From an uncultured Planctomycetota bacterium (GTDB lineage Bacteria > Planctomycetota > Planctomycetia > Pirellulales > Lacipirellulaceae), in assembly GCA_963719315.1 (NCBI GenBank), contig CAVRBU010000004.1, positions 512,001-576,000 of the forward strand: a stretch of 64,000 nucleotides of DNA, in the 5' to 3' direction. The translations under genes and the position numbers were made by a program. Under the pieces are notes generated by a model. It saw only the letters and a program-made list of their open reading frames with translations. It was not told the origin of the DNA and ran no database searches. Positions 1 to 9,709 of this stretch are shown in pieces (the first letter of the stretch is position 1; the number at the start of each line of letters is the position of its first letter).

Positions 1-2
1 CG

Positions 3-512
3 CAAGCGAGCGGCGAAGCTTATCCGTGTGCGAATTGCGCGTGCGGTTGCGCGTCGGCCGAACAGTGTTGGCGGTCGTGCTGCTGCCATACGCTGGCCGA
101 GCGGTTTGCCTGGGCGCACGAGCACAAGGTCCGCCCGCCAGAGTATGCGATCGCGCAGGCGCGCGTGGCAGGCGTTGATGTGGCGTGGCTTGGGATTCCG
201 AATAATGTAACGTGTTGCGCCCATAAGTCGAACGACGAGCGGCCAGCATGTTGCCAAGCCCACGCGGCGTGCTGTGCGCACAAGAACGCGCAGCAACAGA
301 AGAAAAATGGCGGCGATCGCATCGTCGCCTGGCGAGCGCTGGCTTGCCATGGTCACTCGTTGCACTGGCTGACCGCAATAACGACGCTCGTCGTCGTGCG
401 GCCCGAAGTCTCACAGCATCTGCCGCTTGTGGCGTGGCTTGGCCCGGCGGTGTCGGATGTGGCCGAGAAGATCACAACTTATCCCGAAGTGCCCCCTCCC
501 AAACGGGCGTGA
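3..512 (+). CDS. Cys/His-rich planctomycete protein, 5'-truncated by the window edge
   Basis: Frame 3 is open from base 3: QASGEAYPCANCACGCASAEQCWRSCCCHTLAERFAWAHEHKVRPP... It continues in frame into ORF 165..512 (TCCAHK..CCQAHAACCAHK..LACHGHSLHW) and ends in PEVPPPKRA. Confidence 0.75.
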   Translation, partial: QASGEAYPCANCACGCASAEQCWRSCCCHTLAERFAWAHEHKVRPPEYAIAQARVAGVDVAWLGIPNNVTCCAHKSNDERPACCQAHAACCAHKNAQQQKKNGGDRIVAWRALACHGHSLHWLTAITTLVVVRPEVSQHLPLVAWLGPAVSDVAEKITTYPEVPPPKRA

Positions 513-593
513 TTCACGCCGTTCTTTTGTTTTCGCTGCGTCACTCGAAGGACGACAGCTTCTTGCCATTTCACTGATTGGGAGACTTAGGTC

Positions 594-1439
594 ATGCGCA
601 CGTGCATGTTCGCGCTCGGGTTGATGGTTGCGCTCTTTGCTGCGCAAGCCACTGCCCACGGGCCACAGATTCAAATTACCGTCGATGCGCTGGACAGCAA
701 CCGAATTCTTACTCGCCGGCTCCTGCTCGAGGAGCCGTACTCTTCGGCGAATGGACTGATGTTGCGAACCTCGGTGTATGTGATGCCCACGCTTCCGGTT
801 TCCTATCTGGGCCAAACGGTGTCGCGAGTGAAGCCAAGCGACACGCAAACATTCGGGCCGGGGTTCACGTACGGTTATGATCAGACGCTGGGCGGCGACC
901 GGATATTCAAAGCGAACCTCAACCTGCATGTGGACGGGCTGCAGATTTGGGACGGCGGCGCGTTCGTGGCCACCGGTCCGGACAAGGAACAAATCGGCTT
1001 GCTGCAAAGCTCGTCGAATGTGAACGCCGACTTGGTGAAGACGACGGCCATCGGCGGCGATCTGCCGATTACGATCGCGGCTGGATACACGGCTGACGCC
1101 CATAGCAGCGTGCGTTACACGCTGCTAGGCGACGGAGTTGATCCGTATGCACCGAGTCGCGACGGCGTGTATTTGATGACGCTTCAATTAAGCGGCACGC
1201 AAACGACGCCGAGCCTGGCATCGTCGGCTCCGTTTTATTACATCCTCGGCAAGAACGTAGCGACGAACGATTTGACGGCGGTCGTTAACAGCTTTACAGC
1301 GAGTCATGGGATCGATTCCATCCTGGTTCAGTACGCAGCCAACGTGGTGCCGGAACCGGGCACGCTTGTGCTCGTCGCGATAAGCTTGCTGGAGATTTCC
1401 GCGCTCCTGCGCAGGCGGCCCAGGGGAGGTATCTCGTGA
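594..1439 (+). CDS. PEP-CTERM sorting-domain exported protein with predicted mature N-terminal His
   Basis: Signal peptide ending [10 protein letters not shown]-terminal [10 protein letters not shown]...[15 protein letters not shown] upstream. Confidence 0.85.
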   Translation: MRTCMFALGLMVALFAAQATAHGPQIQITVDALDSNRILTRRLLLEEPYSSANGLMLRTSVYVMPTLPVSYLGQTVSRVKPSDTQTFGPGFTYGYDQTLGGDRIFKANLNLHVDGLQIWDGGAFVATGPDKEQIGLLQSSSNVNADLVKTTAIGGDLPITIAAGYTADAHSSVRYTLLGDGVDPYAPSRDGVYLMTLQLSGTQTTPSLASSAPFYYILGKNVATNDLTAVVNSFTASHGIDSILVQYAANVVPEPGTLVLVAISLLEISALLRRRPRGGIS

Positions 1440-2164
1440 ACGAGCGGCGAAACGCAATGACGCTCGTCGAGTTGCTGGTGGTCATCGCGATCATTGGCAT
1501 GCTCGTGGCGCTCTTGTTGCCGGCGGTGCAAGCCGCACGTGAGGCGGCCCGGGCGGCCTCATGCAAAAACAATATGAAGCAGATCGGGCTGGCCGTGCTG
1601 CAGTTTTGTGATCTGCACAAAGGCGAGTTTCCCGAGTGGTACCACGCCACACACTACGCCGGCGAAGCGGAAGGCAAATATAGCTGGATTTACACGCTCG
1701 CCCCACACTTGGAAAGCGTCGACGCGATCCGCATTTGCCCGGATGATTTTTTGCTTCCGGAGCGGCAGATCGTCAACGGCACGAGTTACGTGGTCAGCGA
1801 TTACCTGGCGGCGGACGACGTGCCCGGTCACGTGCGAAACATCAACAAGCTGCAAGGCACAAGTCACACAATGGTGGTGTTCGAAGCCGCCGACAAGCGC
1901 GAGCGAAATCCCTACACGTATCGGGAGGACCGGCGGATGCTGTACGCCGAGCCGCAATTCGATCATGCGCATGCTTCGGGTTGGTTTTCCAAATCGAATG
2001 TGGAAGATGGCCTAGTGCGAAACGCCGTAAAGGCGGATATCCAGCCCGATCGTCACGAGGGCACCGCGCATTACTTATACGTCGACGGACATGTGGACGT
2101 CATCGCAGCAACGCAAATCGACGAGTGGATCGATCGGGGATTCAACTTCGCGGAGCCGCAGTAG
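1436..2164 (+). CDS. DUF1559 family prepilin-type N-terminal cleavage/methylation protein with H-X9-DG motif
   Basis: [48 protein letters not shown]-terminal [19 protein letters not shown] overlap with the upstream stop. Confidence 0.93.
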   Translation: MNERRNAMTLVELLVVIAIIGMLVALLLPAVQAAREAARAASCKNNMKQIGLAVLQFCDLHKGEFPEWYHATHYAGEAEGKYSWIYTLAPHLESVDAIRICPDDFLLPERQIVNGTSYVVSDYLAADDVPGHVRNINKLQGTSHTMVVFEAADKRERNPYTYREDRRMLYAEPQFDHAHASGWFSKSNVEDGLVRNAVKADIQPDRHEGTAHYLYVDGHVDVIAATQIDEWIDRGFNFAEPQ

Positions 2165-2182
2165 CGAAAGTAAAACGAGGGC

Positions 2183-2257
2183 CTCACGCAAAGGCGCGTC
2201 AGCGCAAGTGCGCGGAACTAATCTTTGCGCCTCAGCGCCTTAGCGCCTTTGCGTGAG
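2183..2257. repeat. Inverted-repeat element (cgcaaaggcgc family)
   Basis: Perfect 15-bp arms ctcacgcaaaggcgc (2183-2197) and gcgcctttgcgtgag (2243-2257), with partial internal copies. Confidence 0.8.
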
Positions 2258-2298
2258 ACCATTCCTTGGAATGGGATCATTACAAGCGAGAATCGATC

Positions 2299-3297
2299 AT
2301 GAGAATCGTCAAGTTATTGCTTTGTGTTTCGATTTCGCTGTCGTCCGTTAAGACTACGTTGGGGCATGGGCACCCAATTACTGTCACGACGGCGGAAAAT
2401 CGACTCGTGGTGAGCGGAGGCGTAGCGGGGGAAGACGACGGGTACGTCGACAACGTCTTCGTAGAAACCGATAGCGCCGGCGACCCGCAGGATTTTGCGG
2501 AGTTCGCCAACTTCGGTCCCGGCATCTATTGGATCGTTCCTGGATTCGAAATATCCGGCCTCGCCGAAAACAGCGGGCTGTACTTGCAGACGGTTGCACG
2601 ACCTGCGAGGGATACGAACCCAGTCGAGTCGCGCGTGCTGTGGTATTGGGATCCGAACTCAATTCAGACCGATAAAGTCGAGGTAGCGCCTGAAACAAGC
2701 CGGATGCAACTCCGCCACAGCGCAACCGTAAATACGTTGTTGACTCCCACGACATCGGTCGCTCCATCTGCGATCAAGTTCGCCGACCCTGTCGTGGCGG
2801 ACATGAACTATCACAACCACGATTTGTTGAAATACGTGCTGCCGGCGCCATTGCCGCCCGACGGGGCGTATGCTTTCTTCGCGCGATTAACGTCGGACGT
2901 TTATGCGCCGTCCGATCCATTTCTGGTGGTGATCAACAACGGTGGACTGGATAGCATGCAAATGCTCGATGCCGCGGCAGCGATTAATCGAGAAGCGCTT
3001 TTGGCCGGCGACTACAACCACGACGACGTTGTGGACGCGGCTGATTACGTGCTGTGGCGTAATTCGCTTAACTCGGCAAGCCAATTAGCCGCCGATGGTT
3101 CCGGCAACGGGCTTGTGGACACAGCCGACTTTGACGTGTGGCGAAGTAATTTTGGCCTCACTTTTGCCGGCGGCCCGGCGGGCGTCGGTGCTGGGCAAGC
3201 GGCGCCAGAGCCGGCGGCCCTCACTTTGGTTTTATTCTCTTCTGGATATTATTTCGGCGCCGGCAGATGGCGGCGAAAACTTGCCGGCCGCTGCTGA
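2299..3297 (+). CDS. Exported protein with N-terminal HGH, planctomycete dockerin-like repeat and PEP-CTERM-like tail
   Basis: Signal MRIVKLLLCVSISLSSVKTTLG|HGHP; GDYNHDDVVDAADYVLWR...ADGSGNGLVDTADFDVWRSNFG; APEPAALTLV...RWRRK. ATG at 2299 preferred over TTG at 2266. Confidence 0.85.
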   Translation: MRIVKLLLCVSISLSSVKTTLGHGHPITVTTAENRLVVSGGVAGEDDGYVDNVFVETDSAGDPQDFAEFANFGPGIYWIVPGFEISGLAENSGLYLQTVARPARDTNPVESRVLWYWDPNSIQTDKVEVAPETSRMQLRHSATVNTLLTPTTSVAPSAIKFADPVVADMNYHNHDLLKYVLPAPLPPDGAYAFFARLTSDVYAPSDPFLVVINNGGLDSMQMLDAAAAINREALLAGDYNHDDVVDAADYVLWRNSLNSASQLAADGSGNGLVDTADFDVWRSNFGLTFAGGPAGVGAGQAAPEPAALTLVLFSSGYYFGAGRWRRKLAGRC

Positions 3298-3428
3298 TTG
3301 CCACGAACGCGCTCCCTGCAATGAGATGCGGCCACAATAGGTGTGCATGGCACCTCCGAGTGTCGCTTTTTGCAAGGATTGTCCGGAAAATCGCTTCTCC
3401 AGGGAATGATGCCGAAACGATTCGCGGG

Positions 3429-3457
3429 TTGACACTAGCATTAGTGAGGGATACCCT
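3429..3457 (+). promoter_or_regulatory. Putative sigma70 promoter for the nusA-infB operon
   Basis: TTGACA (3429-3434), 17-nt spacer, TACCCT (3452-3457). Confidence 0.55.
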
Positions 3458-3597
3458 TAAGGATTCGCCAGCGACTTTAAGTAATGTTGGCGCAACAAGT
3501 TTCGTTCGCCGCGGTGGGCCGTCGCTCTGCGTTGGCAGTGCGGATAGGGATTTTACACCCTGGGGGCGACGGTTTTGTGCGGCGGCGAAACCAGATC

Positions 3598-3621
3598 GTG
3601 TCAGGCTAATGCCTGACCTAC
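3598..3621 (-). repeat. GTAG-type REP-like hairpin in the nusA leader
   Basis: gtgtcaggctaatgcctgacctac; near-identical to the copy at 42895-42917. Confidence 0.7.
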
Positions 3622-3688
3622 AACTCGAAAAACTCGAAAAACTTGATTTGCCTGCGCGACGGGCGGAATTGGTCGCGGGAAAGTTGCC

Positions 3689-5093
3689 ATGAATCCCCAG
3701 GAAATTTTGAGAATCGTCGATGCGATCCACCGCGACAAGAACATCGACAAGGAAATCGTATTCGAGGGGATCGAGGCTGCGCTAGTTTCTGCCGCCAAGA
3801 AGCACTACGGCGAGGAAGCCGACATCGTCGTGAAAATCGACCGCGAAGACGGCTCGATTCGTGCCACGCACGAAGGCCGCGAGCTCGACTCGGAAGAGAC
3901 GGTCGGCCGCATTGGCGCACAGACCGCCAAGCAGGTGATGATCCAGAAGATTCGCGAGGCCGAGCGCGACGCTCTGTACGACGAATACAACGAACTGGTC
4001 GGCCACATGGTGAGCGGCGTCATTCAACGCTATGAAGGCGGCGCGGCGACCGTTCAATTGTCGAACGTCGAAGCCATTTTGCCGCGCGGCGAACAGATCC
4101 CCGGCGAAACGCATCACGTGAATGAGCGCGTCCGGACGACGGTGTTCGAAGTCCGCAAAGCGGGCAGCCGGGTGAAAGTAATTTTGAGCCGCGCCCGGCC
4201 ACAGCTCGTGCAACGCTTGTTCGAGCAAGAGATACCGGAAATCGCGGACGGCGTGATTCAAATTCGCGCGATGGCTCGCGAGCCCGGCTATCGCTCGAAG
4301 GTGGCCGTCTCCAGCAGCGATCCGCGCGTGGATTGCGTCGGCGCCTGCGTCGGAGTCCGCGGCAATCGAATCAAGAATATCGTGGATGAGTTGGCGGGCG
4401 AGCGGATCGATATCGTTCGCTGGGACGAAAACCTCGAAGTGCTGATTCCCAACTCGCTGCAACCGGCGGAGGTCGAGCAGGTCATTCTCTGCAAGATGCT
4501 GGGCCGCGGAATCGTGCTGGTACGCGAGGATCAACTGTCGCTGGCGATCGGCCGGCGCGGCCAGAACGTGCGGTTGGCGAGCAAGCTTTCGGGCTGGGAC
4601 ATCGAGATCATGACGCAGGAAGAATTGGCCCAAGCGATCGAACGCGCGGTCGAAGGCTTCAGTTCGCTCACGGGCGTGGAAGATGAGCTGGCGAATCGCC
4701 TCGTCGAGGAGGGCTTCCTCAGCTACGACGACCTGTCGATTATCGAGCCCGATGCGCTGATGGCGATGGGTGGGCTCAGCGAAGAAGATACCAATGTGAT
4801 CATCGAACAGGCCGAGGTCCGCGCCGACACAGGCCGAGGCGGTAGCCGCCGAAGCACGCCGCCAGAAGCGCGAACAGGAACGGCTTTCGGAATTGGCGGC
4901 CGAGGCCGGTTTGAAGCTCGCGCCGCTGGAGGATGAAGCACTCGATGCAGGTGCGTCCGCGGAAGAGGCCGAAGGAACCGCCGAGGAGGAAATCGGCGAA
5001 GAGTCGGGTGAAGCGGATTCTGGCGAAGCAGATGCCGAGGCGAATGGCGCGGCCGACAACTCGGCCGAAACACCCACGGAGAGCACAACCTAA
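3689..5093 (+). CDS. nusA: Transcription termination/antitermination factor NusA (apparent frameshift near 4828)
   Basis: N-domain, S1 and KH motifs ([38 protein letters not shown]). After EVRA the natural continuation [27 protein letters not shown]... is in another frame that ends at 5093. Confidence 0.95.
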
Positions 5094-5122
5094 TCATACT
5101 ACATCCGGCGAGCCGAGCCGGA

Positions 5123-5227
5123 GAATGAAAGACGAATTTCCTAATGGCAATATGGCGAATGAAGGACGATCGGGAGCCGCATTGGCTCGCTCCATTCGTC
5201 ATTCCGCCATTTGCCATTTAGACATTC
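5123..5227. repeat. Degenerate tandem-repeat hairpin (aatgac/gtcatt-like family) between nusA and infB
   Basis: gaatttcctaatggcaatatggcgaatgaagga pairs imperfectly with tccattcgtcattccgccatttgccatttagacattc. Confidence 0.6.
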
Positions 5228-5315
5228 CCCGGCGCCGCTCGGCTGGCGGCGCCAAATTACGGAGAAATTACATCATGGTCGGGTAATCGATTCGCGCACG
5301 AAACGGAGATAACTC

Positions 5316-8096
5316 TTGGCGGTACGCATTTACGCATTAGCGAAAGAGCTGAAATTTGACAGCAAGGAACTGGTCGATATTTGCACGAAGGCCGGCGTCC
5401 CGGGCAAGGGGTCTGCGCTTGCGAGCCTGACCGAAGAAGAAGTCGAGAAGGTCAAACAGTTCCTCAAAGGTGGCGGCACAGCCAAGGCGAGGCCGGCGAA
5501 ACCGGGGCCAGTGGCTCCGCAGCGACCGAGCGAGCCGGCGCGAGTCGGCAAGATGCCGGTCATTGTCACGCCGAAGCCGTCTGCTCCGACGACTCGATCC
5601 AAGGCGGCTGAGCTAGCCGAGCCGGCCGATCAACCCGAGCCGGCGGAATCGACATTGGCCGCTACGGCCGTGGCAACGGAAGCCGCCATGGAGACGGAAG
5701 TCTCGCGCCGCCCCGGCCCGCTCGCAGGCGCTATGGGCCGCGAGAAATACATCGGCCCAGGAACGGTGAGCGGCAAAGTGCCCGTCGTGGGCGCCGAAAG
5801 CAGAGCCACCGATCGGAAGAAGCTCGACGGCGTGGGCGAGCGGGCCCGACCGGCCGTTAAGCTCGCGCCGATGCCGAAGACCCGTCAGCCGAGTTCTCAA
5901 CCCGTCGCCAACGAGCCACCGGCCCAGAAGCCCGACCTGCGACTGCCGGCCGATTTGCTCGGCGCGGGGAAGCAGGGCAGCAAACCGCTGGCCGCCCACT
6001 TGAAGCGTCACGAGCGCACGCTGGAAGAAGAAAAAAAACAGCGTGGCGCAAAGGGTCTGCGAGCGCCGGGGGTGCCCCTCGCTCCCGTGAGCACCGAGGA
6101 AGAGGAACGCCGCAACAAAGGCAAGCATCGCGGCCGAGGCAAAGAAGGGACTACCGAAGACGAAGATCGCCCGCTGCTGGGCGGTCGCGAGCAGCGGCAA
6201 CTTGCGCGGCGGCGCAGCCCGGGATCGGTCGATTCCGACGAAACCCCGCATCGAAGATTGGGCCGACGGCCACGCCGAGTTCCAACCGGCGCCAGCACCG
6301 CGGCCCCGCGCAAGGAACGCGTCACGATTCAATTGCCGTGCAAGGTGCGCGAGCTTTCGGAAGCGGCCGGCGTGCCGGTCAGCGAAATTCTGCGGATTCT
6401 CATGAACGAAGGCGTGGTGACGACGATCGCCTCCATCATGGATCCGGAAATGACGGAGCTCGTGGCCGCGGAGCTCGGCATCAATATCGAATTCAAGCAG
6501 GCCGTAAGCTTGGAAGATCAGATGCTGGCCGATCTGGCGCCGCAAGATGAGGACCCGGCCAATCTGGTCGAGCGGCCACCCGTAGTCACGTTCTTGGGTC
6601 ACGTCGATCACGGCAAAACATCTCTGTTGGATCGGATCATCGGCATCGACGTGGTGAGTGGCGAAAGCGGCGGCATCACGCAGCACATCCGCGCCTATTC
6701 GATTGAGAAAAACGGCAAGCGGATCTCGTTCGTCGATACGCCGGGGCACGAAGCCTTCACCGAGATGCGAGCTCGCGGCGCCAATGTGACGGATATTGCC
6801 GTGCTGGTCGTTGCGGCCGACGACGGCGTCATGCCGCAAACCGAAGAGGCGATCAGCCACGCCCGGGCCGCCGAGGTGCCGATCGTCGTCGCGCTAAACA
6901 AGATCGATCTGCCGGGCATCAATCTGGAACGCGTGTATACGGGGCTGAGCACCAACGAGCTGCAACCCACGGAATGGGGTGGTGAAATCGAAGTCGTGAA
7001 GACGAGCGCCACGAAAGGCACGGGGATCGACGAGCTCTTAGAAATGCTTCTCACCGTCGCCGAGCTCCACGAGTACAAAGCCAATCCGAACCGGCCCGCT
7101 ATCGGCACGTGCCTCGAAGCGTTACAGGATTCCGAGCGGGGCATCGTGGCCAAGTTGTTGGTGCAAACCGGCACGATGCGTGTCGGCGATGTCGTGGTCT
7201 GCGGGGATGCCTATGGCCGCGTCAAAGCCATGTACGACACGCTCGATCCGGATCGCCGCATCGAAGAGGCGGGCCCCAGCATTCCGGTGAATATCACCGG
7301 TTTTGATACGGCTCCTAGTGCGGGCAGTCGATTCTACGTTCTCGACAACATTGCCATGGCCCGGGAAATCGCCCAATCCCGCTCTCAGTACGAACGATCG
7401 GCGTCGCTCGGCGAGACAGGCTATCAGCACGTTACGCTGGAAAGTTTGTTCGATCGCCTGGACCACTCCAGCGAGGTTCAGACACTCAACATCATTCTCC
7501 GGGCCGATGTCCGCGGCTCGATTGAAGCGATCCAAAAAGAGCTGGCGAAGCTCGATCACCCGGAAGTGAAGGTCAAGCTGCTGCAAAAAAGCGTCGGCGG
7601 CATCACCGAGGCCGACGTCACGCTGGCCCACGCGTCGGACGCGATCATCATCGGCTTCAACGTGGTCCCCGACGAAAAAGCCCGGGCCATGGCGGACAAA
7701 ACCGGCGTGCAGATTCGCCGATACAATGTGATCTACAAGATTACCGACGACTTGAAACTCTCGCTCGAGGGGATGCTCAAACCGGAAGAGCGCGAGGTCG
7801 AACAAGGCCGCGTGCTGGTGCAGCAAGTGTTCAAGATCAGCCGGGTCGGCACCGTGGCGGGTTGCCGCGTGTTGGCCGGTGTCGTGGAGCGCAACAGCCG
7901 GGCCCGCGTCATCCGCGACAGCACGATCATCGGCGATTACGCCTTGGACACGCTTCGCCGCGAGAAGGACGATGCCAAGGAAGTCCGCGAAGGGTACGAG
8001 TGCGGCATCAAGCTGGCCGGCTTCAACGACATCAAGGAAGGTGATTTGTTCGAGATTTACAAGGTAGAAGAAATCCAGCGGAAGTTCGAGAGTTAA
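5316..8096 (+). CDS. infB: Translation initiation factor IF-2
   Basis: N-terminal VRIYALAKEL; GTPase motifs GHVDHGKTSLLD, DTPGHEAF, NKID; C-terminal EVREGYECG; TTG start after GGAG. Confidence 0.98.
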   Translation: MAVRIYALAKELKFDSKELVDICTKAGVPGKGSALASLTEEEVEKVKQFLKGGGTAKARPAKPGPVAPQRPSEPARVGKMPVIVTPKPSAPTTRSKAAELAEPADQPEPAESTLAATAVATEAAMETEVSRRPGPLAGAMGREKYIGPGTVSGKVPVVGAESRATDRKKLDGVGERARPAVKLAPMPKTRQPSSQPVANEPPAQKPDLRLPADLLGAGKQGSKPLAAHLKRHERTLEEEKKQRGAKGLRAPGVPLAPVSTEEEERRNKGKHRGRGKEGTTEDEDRPLLGGREQRQLARRRSPGSVDSDETPHRRLGRRPRRVPTGASTAAPRKERVTIQLPCKVRELSEAAGVPVSEILRILMNEGVVTTIASIMDPEMTELVAAELGINIEFKQAVSLEDQMLADLAPQDEDPANLVERPPVVTFLGHVDHGKTSLLDRIIGIDVVSGESGGITQHIRAYSIEKNGKRISFVDTPGHEAFTEMRARGANVTDIAVLVVAADDGVMPQTEEAISHARAAEVPIVVALNKIDLPGINLERVYTGLSTNELQPTEWGGEIEVVKTSATKGTGIDELLEMLLTVAELHEYKANPNRPAIGTCLEALQDSERGIVAKLLVQTGTMRVGDVVVCGDAYGRVKAMYDTLDPDRRIEEAGPSIPVNITGFDTAPSAGSRFYVLDNIAMAREIAQSRSQYERSASLGETGYQHVTLESLFDRLDHSSEVQTLNIILRADVRGSIEAIQKELAKLDHPEVKVKLLQKSVGGITEADVTLAHASDAIIIGFNVVPDEKARAMADKTGVQIRRYNVIYKITDDLKLSLEGMLKPEEREVEQGRVLVQQVFKISRVGTVAGCRVLAGVVERNSRARVIRDSTIIGDYALDTLRREKDDAKEVREGYECGIKLAGFNDIKEGDLFEIYKVEEIQRKFES

Positions 8097-8097
8097 T

Positions 8098-8182
8098 GAG
8101 TGGAGTAGTGAGCCGTGGAATCGTGGAGTAGGGTCGGATGCCCGTCGTTCGATTACTCCCCTACTCCGCTGTCCCACTACTT
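8098..8182. repeat. Tandem-repeat hairpin (tggagta/tactcc family) between infB and rbfA
   Basis: gagtggagtagtgagccgtggaatcgtggagtag versus ttactcccctactccgctgtcccactac. Confidence 0.6.
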
Positions 8183-8194
8183 CGCTTCCCCACC

Positions 8195-8611
8195 ATGTCC
8201 TCCCGTCGCGTCCTCAAAGCCGCCGAAGCAATTCGCGAAGTGGTCAGCATGGCCATTCTCACCGACTTGCGCGATCCGCGCGTCGAAGGCGTGACGGTTA
8301 CGTATGTCGAGGTTTCGCCCGATATGCGGCAGGCCAAGGTGCACGTGTCGATCATGGGCAACGAAACGCAGCAGAAGCTATGTTTGCATGGACTGAAGAA
8401 CTCGGCCGGCTACCTGCAAAGCAAGATTTCCGATCGCATCGACACGCGCTACACGCCCCGTCTGCAATTCATGTTGGACGAAGGAGTGAAGAAATCGCTG
8501 GCGATCAGCCGGATGCTCAGCGAATTACTGCCGGATACGGATTCGCCGCCGGAGAATCAGGCGGCCGAAGTTGCGGCGGATGACGAAGAAGATGCCGAGC
8601 AACTAGAGTAG
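8195..8611 (+). CDS. rbfA: 30S ribosome-binding factor A
   Basis: [18 protein letters not shown]...[28 protein letters not shown]...RYTPRLQF; located after infB. Confidence 0.96.
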   Translation: MSSRRVLKAAEAIREVVSMAILTDLRDPRVEGVTVTYVEVSPDMRQAKVHVSIMGNETQQKLCLHGLKNSAGYLQSKISDRIDTRYTPRLQFMLDEGVKKSLAISRMLSELLPDTDSPPENQAAEVAADDEEDAEQLE

Positions 8612-8664
8612 AGTGAGCGCCGCCCACCGAAACAAGTCATCACGGCGGGAAGTGCCCAGCCTAC
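8608..8664. repeat. GTAG-type REP pair (gtgggc..gcccac family)
   Basis: gtagagtgagcgccgcccacc ... ggcgggaagtgcccagcctac; the GTAG contains the rbfA stop codon. Confidence 0.6.
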
Positions 8665-8712
8665 TGCTACGCTACCTACCCACAACCGACCCACCACATC
8701 GATCAGGAACCA

Positions 8713-9669
8713 ATGGCCACTCCCAATCGTTCCGCTCTCATCAACCGCACGCTCAAGGTGCTGAGAAAGCACTTCAAGCCGGTATCGCCGCCGAAAGATC
8801 GCACGCTGTTCGAGCACCTGGTGTACGCATGCCTGCTGGAGGACTCGCCGGCCGAATCGGCGGAGCAAGTTTTCAATACGCTGAAGCAGGAATACTTCGG
8901 CTGGAACGAAGTTCGCGTGAGCACGATTCGAGAGCTCACCGATGCGCTCAAGCCGCTCGTGAATCCGGCGGAATCGGCTTCGCGGCTCAAGCAAACGCTG
9001 CACAGCGTCTTCGAATCGGTGTATGAGTTCGACATCGAAACGTTCAAGAAGCAGAACATAGGGCAGGCGGCCAAACATTTGCAAAAATACAACGGCACAA
9101 CGGGCTTCGCCGTGGCTTATGTCACGCAGCACGCGTTGGGCGGGCATTCGATTCCGCTCAATCGCGGCGCGATGATCACGCTGCATACGGTCGGGGTCAT
9201 CTCCGACGACGAGTTCAAGAAAAGCGTCGTTCCGGGGTTGGAGCGTGCCGTCAGCAAAAGCAAAGGGGTTGAGGTCGCCTCGCTGCTGCATCAGTTGGGT
9301 GTCGAGGTTGGCCGCAATCCTTACGGTCCGGCCGCCCGCAAACTAATGTTGGAAATCGATCCGGGCGCCAAAGACCGTTTGCCGAAACGTCCGGCGCCAA
9401 AGCCGGAGCCGCCGCCGGAGCCGCCCAAGCCTCCCCAGCCGACAGCGGCGGAGGCCAAACGCGCCGCCGCCGAGGCCAAGAAGAAAGCCGCCGCGGCCAA
9501 GAAAGCACCGCCGCCGAAACCTGAAACCAAGAAAGCGGCCGCGAAAAAACCACCGACGAAGAAACCCATGGTGGTGAAGAAATCGGCGCCAAAGCCCGAA
9601 AAGCGAACGACCAAAAAGGGCACGAAGCGGCCGACCACGCGAAAGCTGGTAAAGCGAAAACCGCGGTAA
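8713..9669 (+). CDS. HhH-GPD/endonuclease III-fold-like protein, probably non-catalytic, with a Lys/Pro/Ala-rich tail
   Basis: LFEHLVYACLLE..GWNEVRVSTIRELT resembles the Nth-like N-terminal half; no GVG-K hairpin or PVD Asp (reads IPLN); tail AEAKKKAAAAKKAPPPKPETKKAAAKK...KRKPR. Confidence 0.6.
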   Translation: MATPNRSALINRTLKVLRKHFKPVSPPKDRTLFEHLVYACLLEDSPAESAEQVFNTLKQEYFGWNEVRVSTIRELTDALKPLVNPAESASRLKQTLHSVFESVYEFDIETFKKQNIGQAAKHLQKYNGTTGFAVAYVTQHALGGHSIPLNRGAMITLHTVGVISDDEFKKSVVPGLERAVSKSKGVEVASLLHQLGVEVGRNPYGPAARKLMLEIDPGAKDRLPKRPAPKPEPPPEPPKPPQPTAAEAKRAAAEAKKKAAAAKKAPPPKPETKKAAAKKPPTKKPMVVKKSAPKPEKRTTKKGTKRPTTRKLVKRKPR

Positions 9670-9709
9670 TCCCCCGATCCCTGAACTCTGATTCTCGATA
9701 CTCTTCGAC

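Noticed and set aside
3782..8177. Long antisense ORFs (3782..5086, 5613..6860, 7122..8177; likewise 22305..23540, 39712..41421, 55069..56382)
   Set aside because: They are shadow frames of well-supported genes in GC-rich DNA and have no protein-family motifs.
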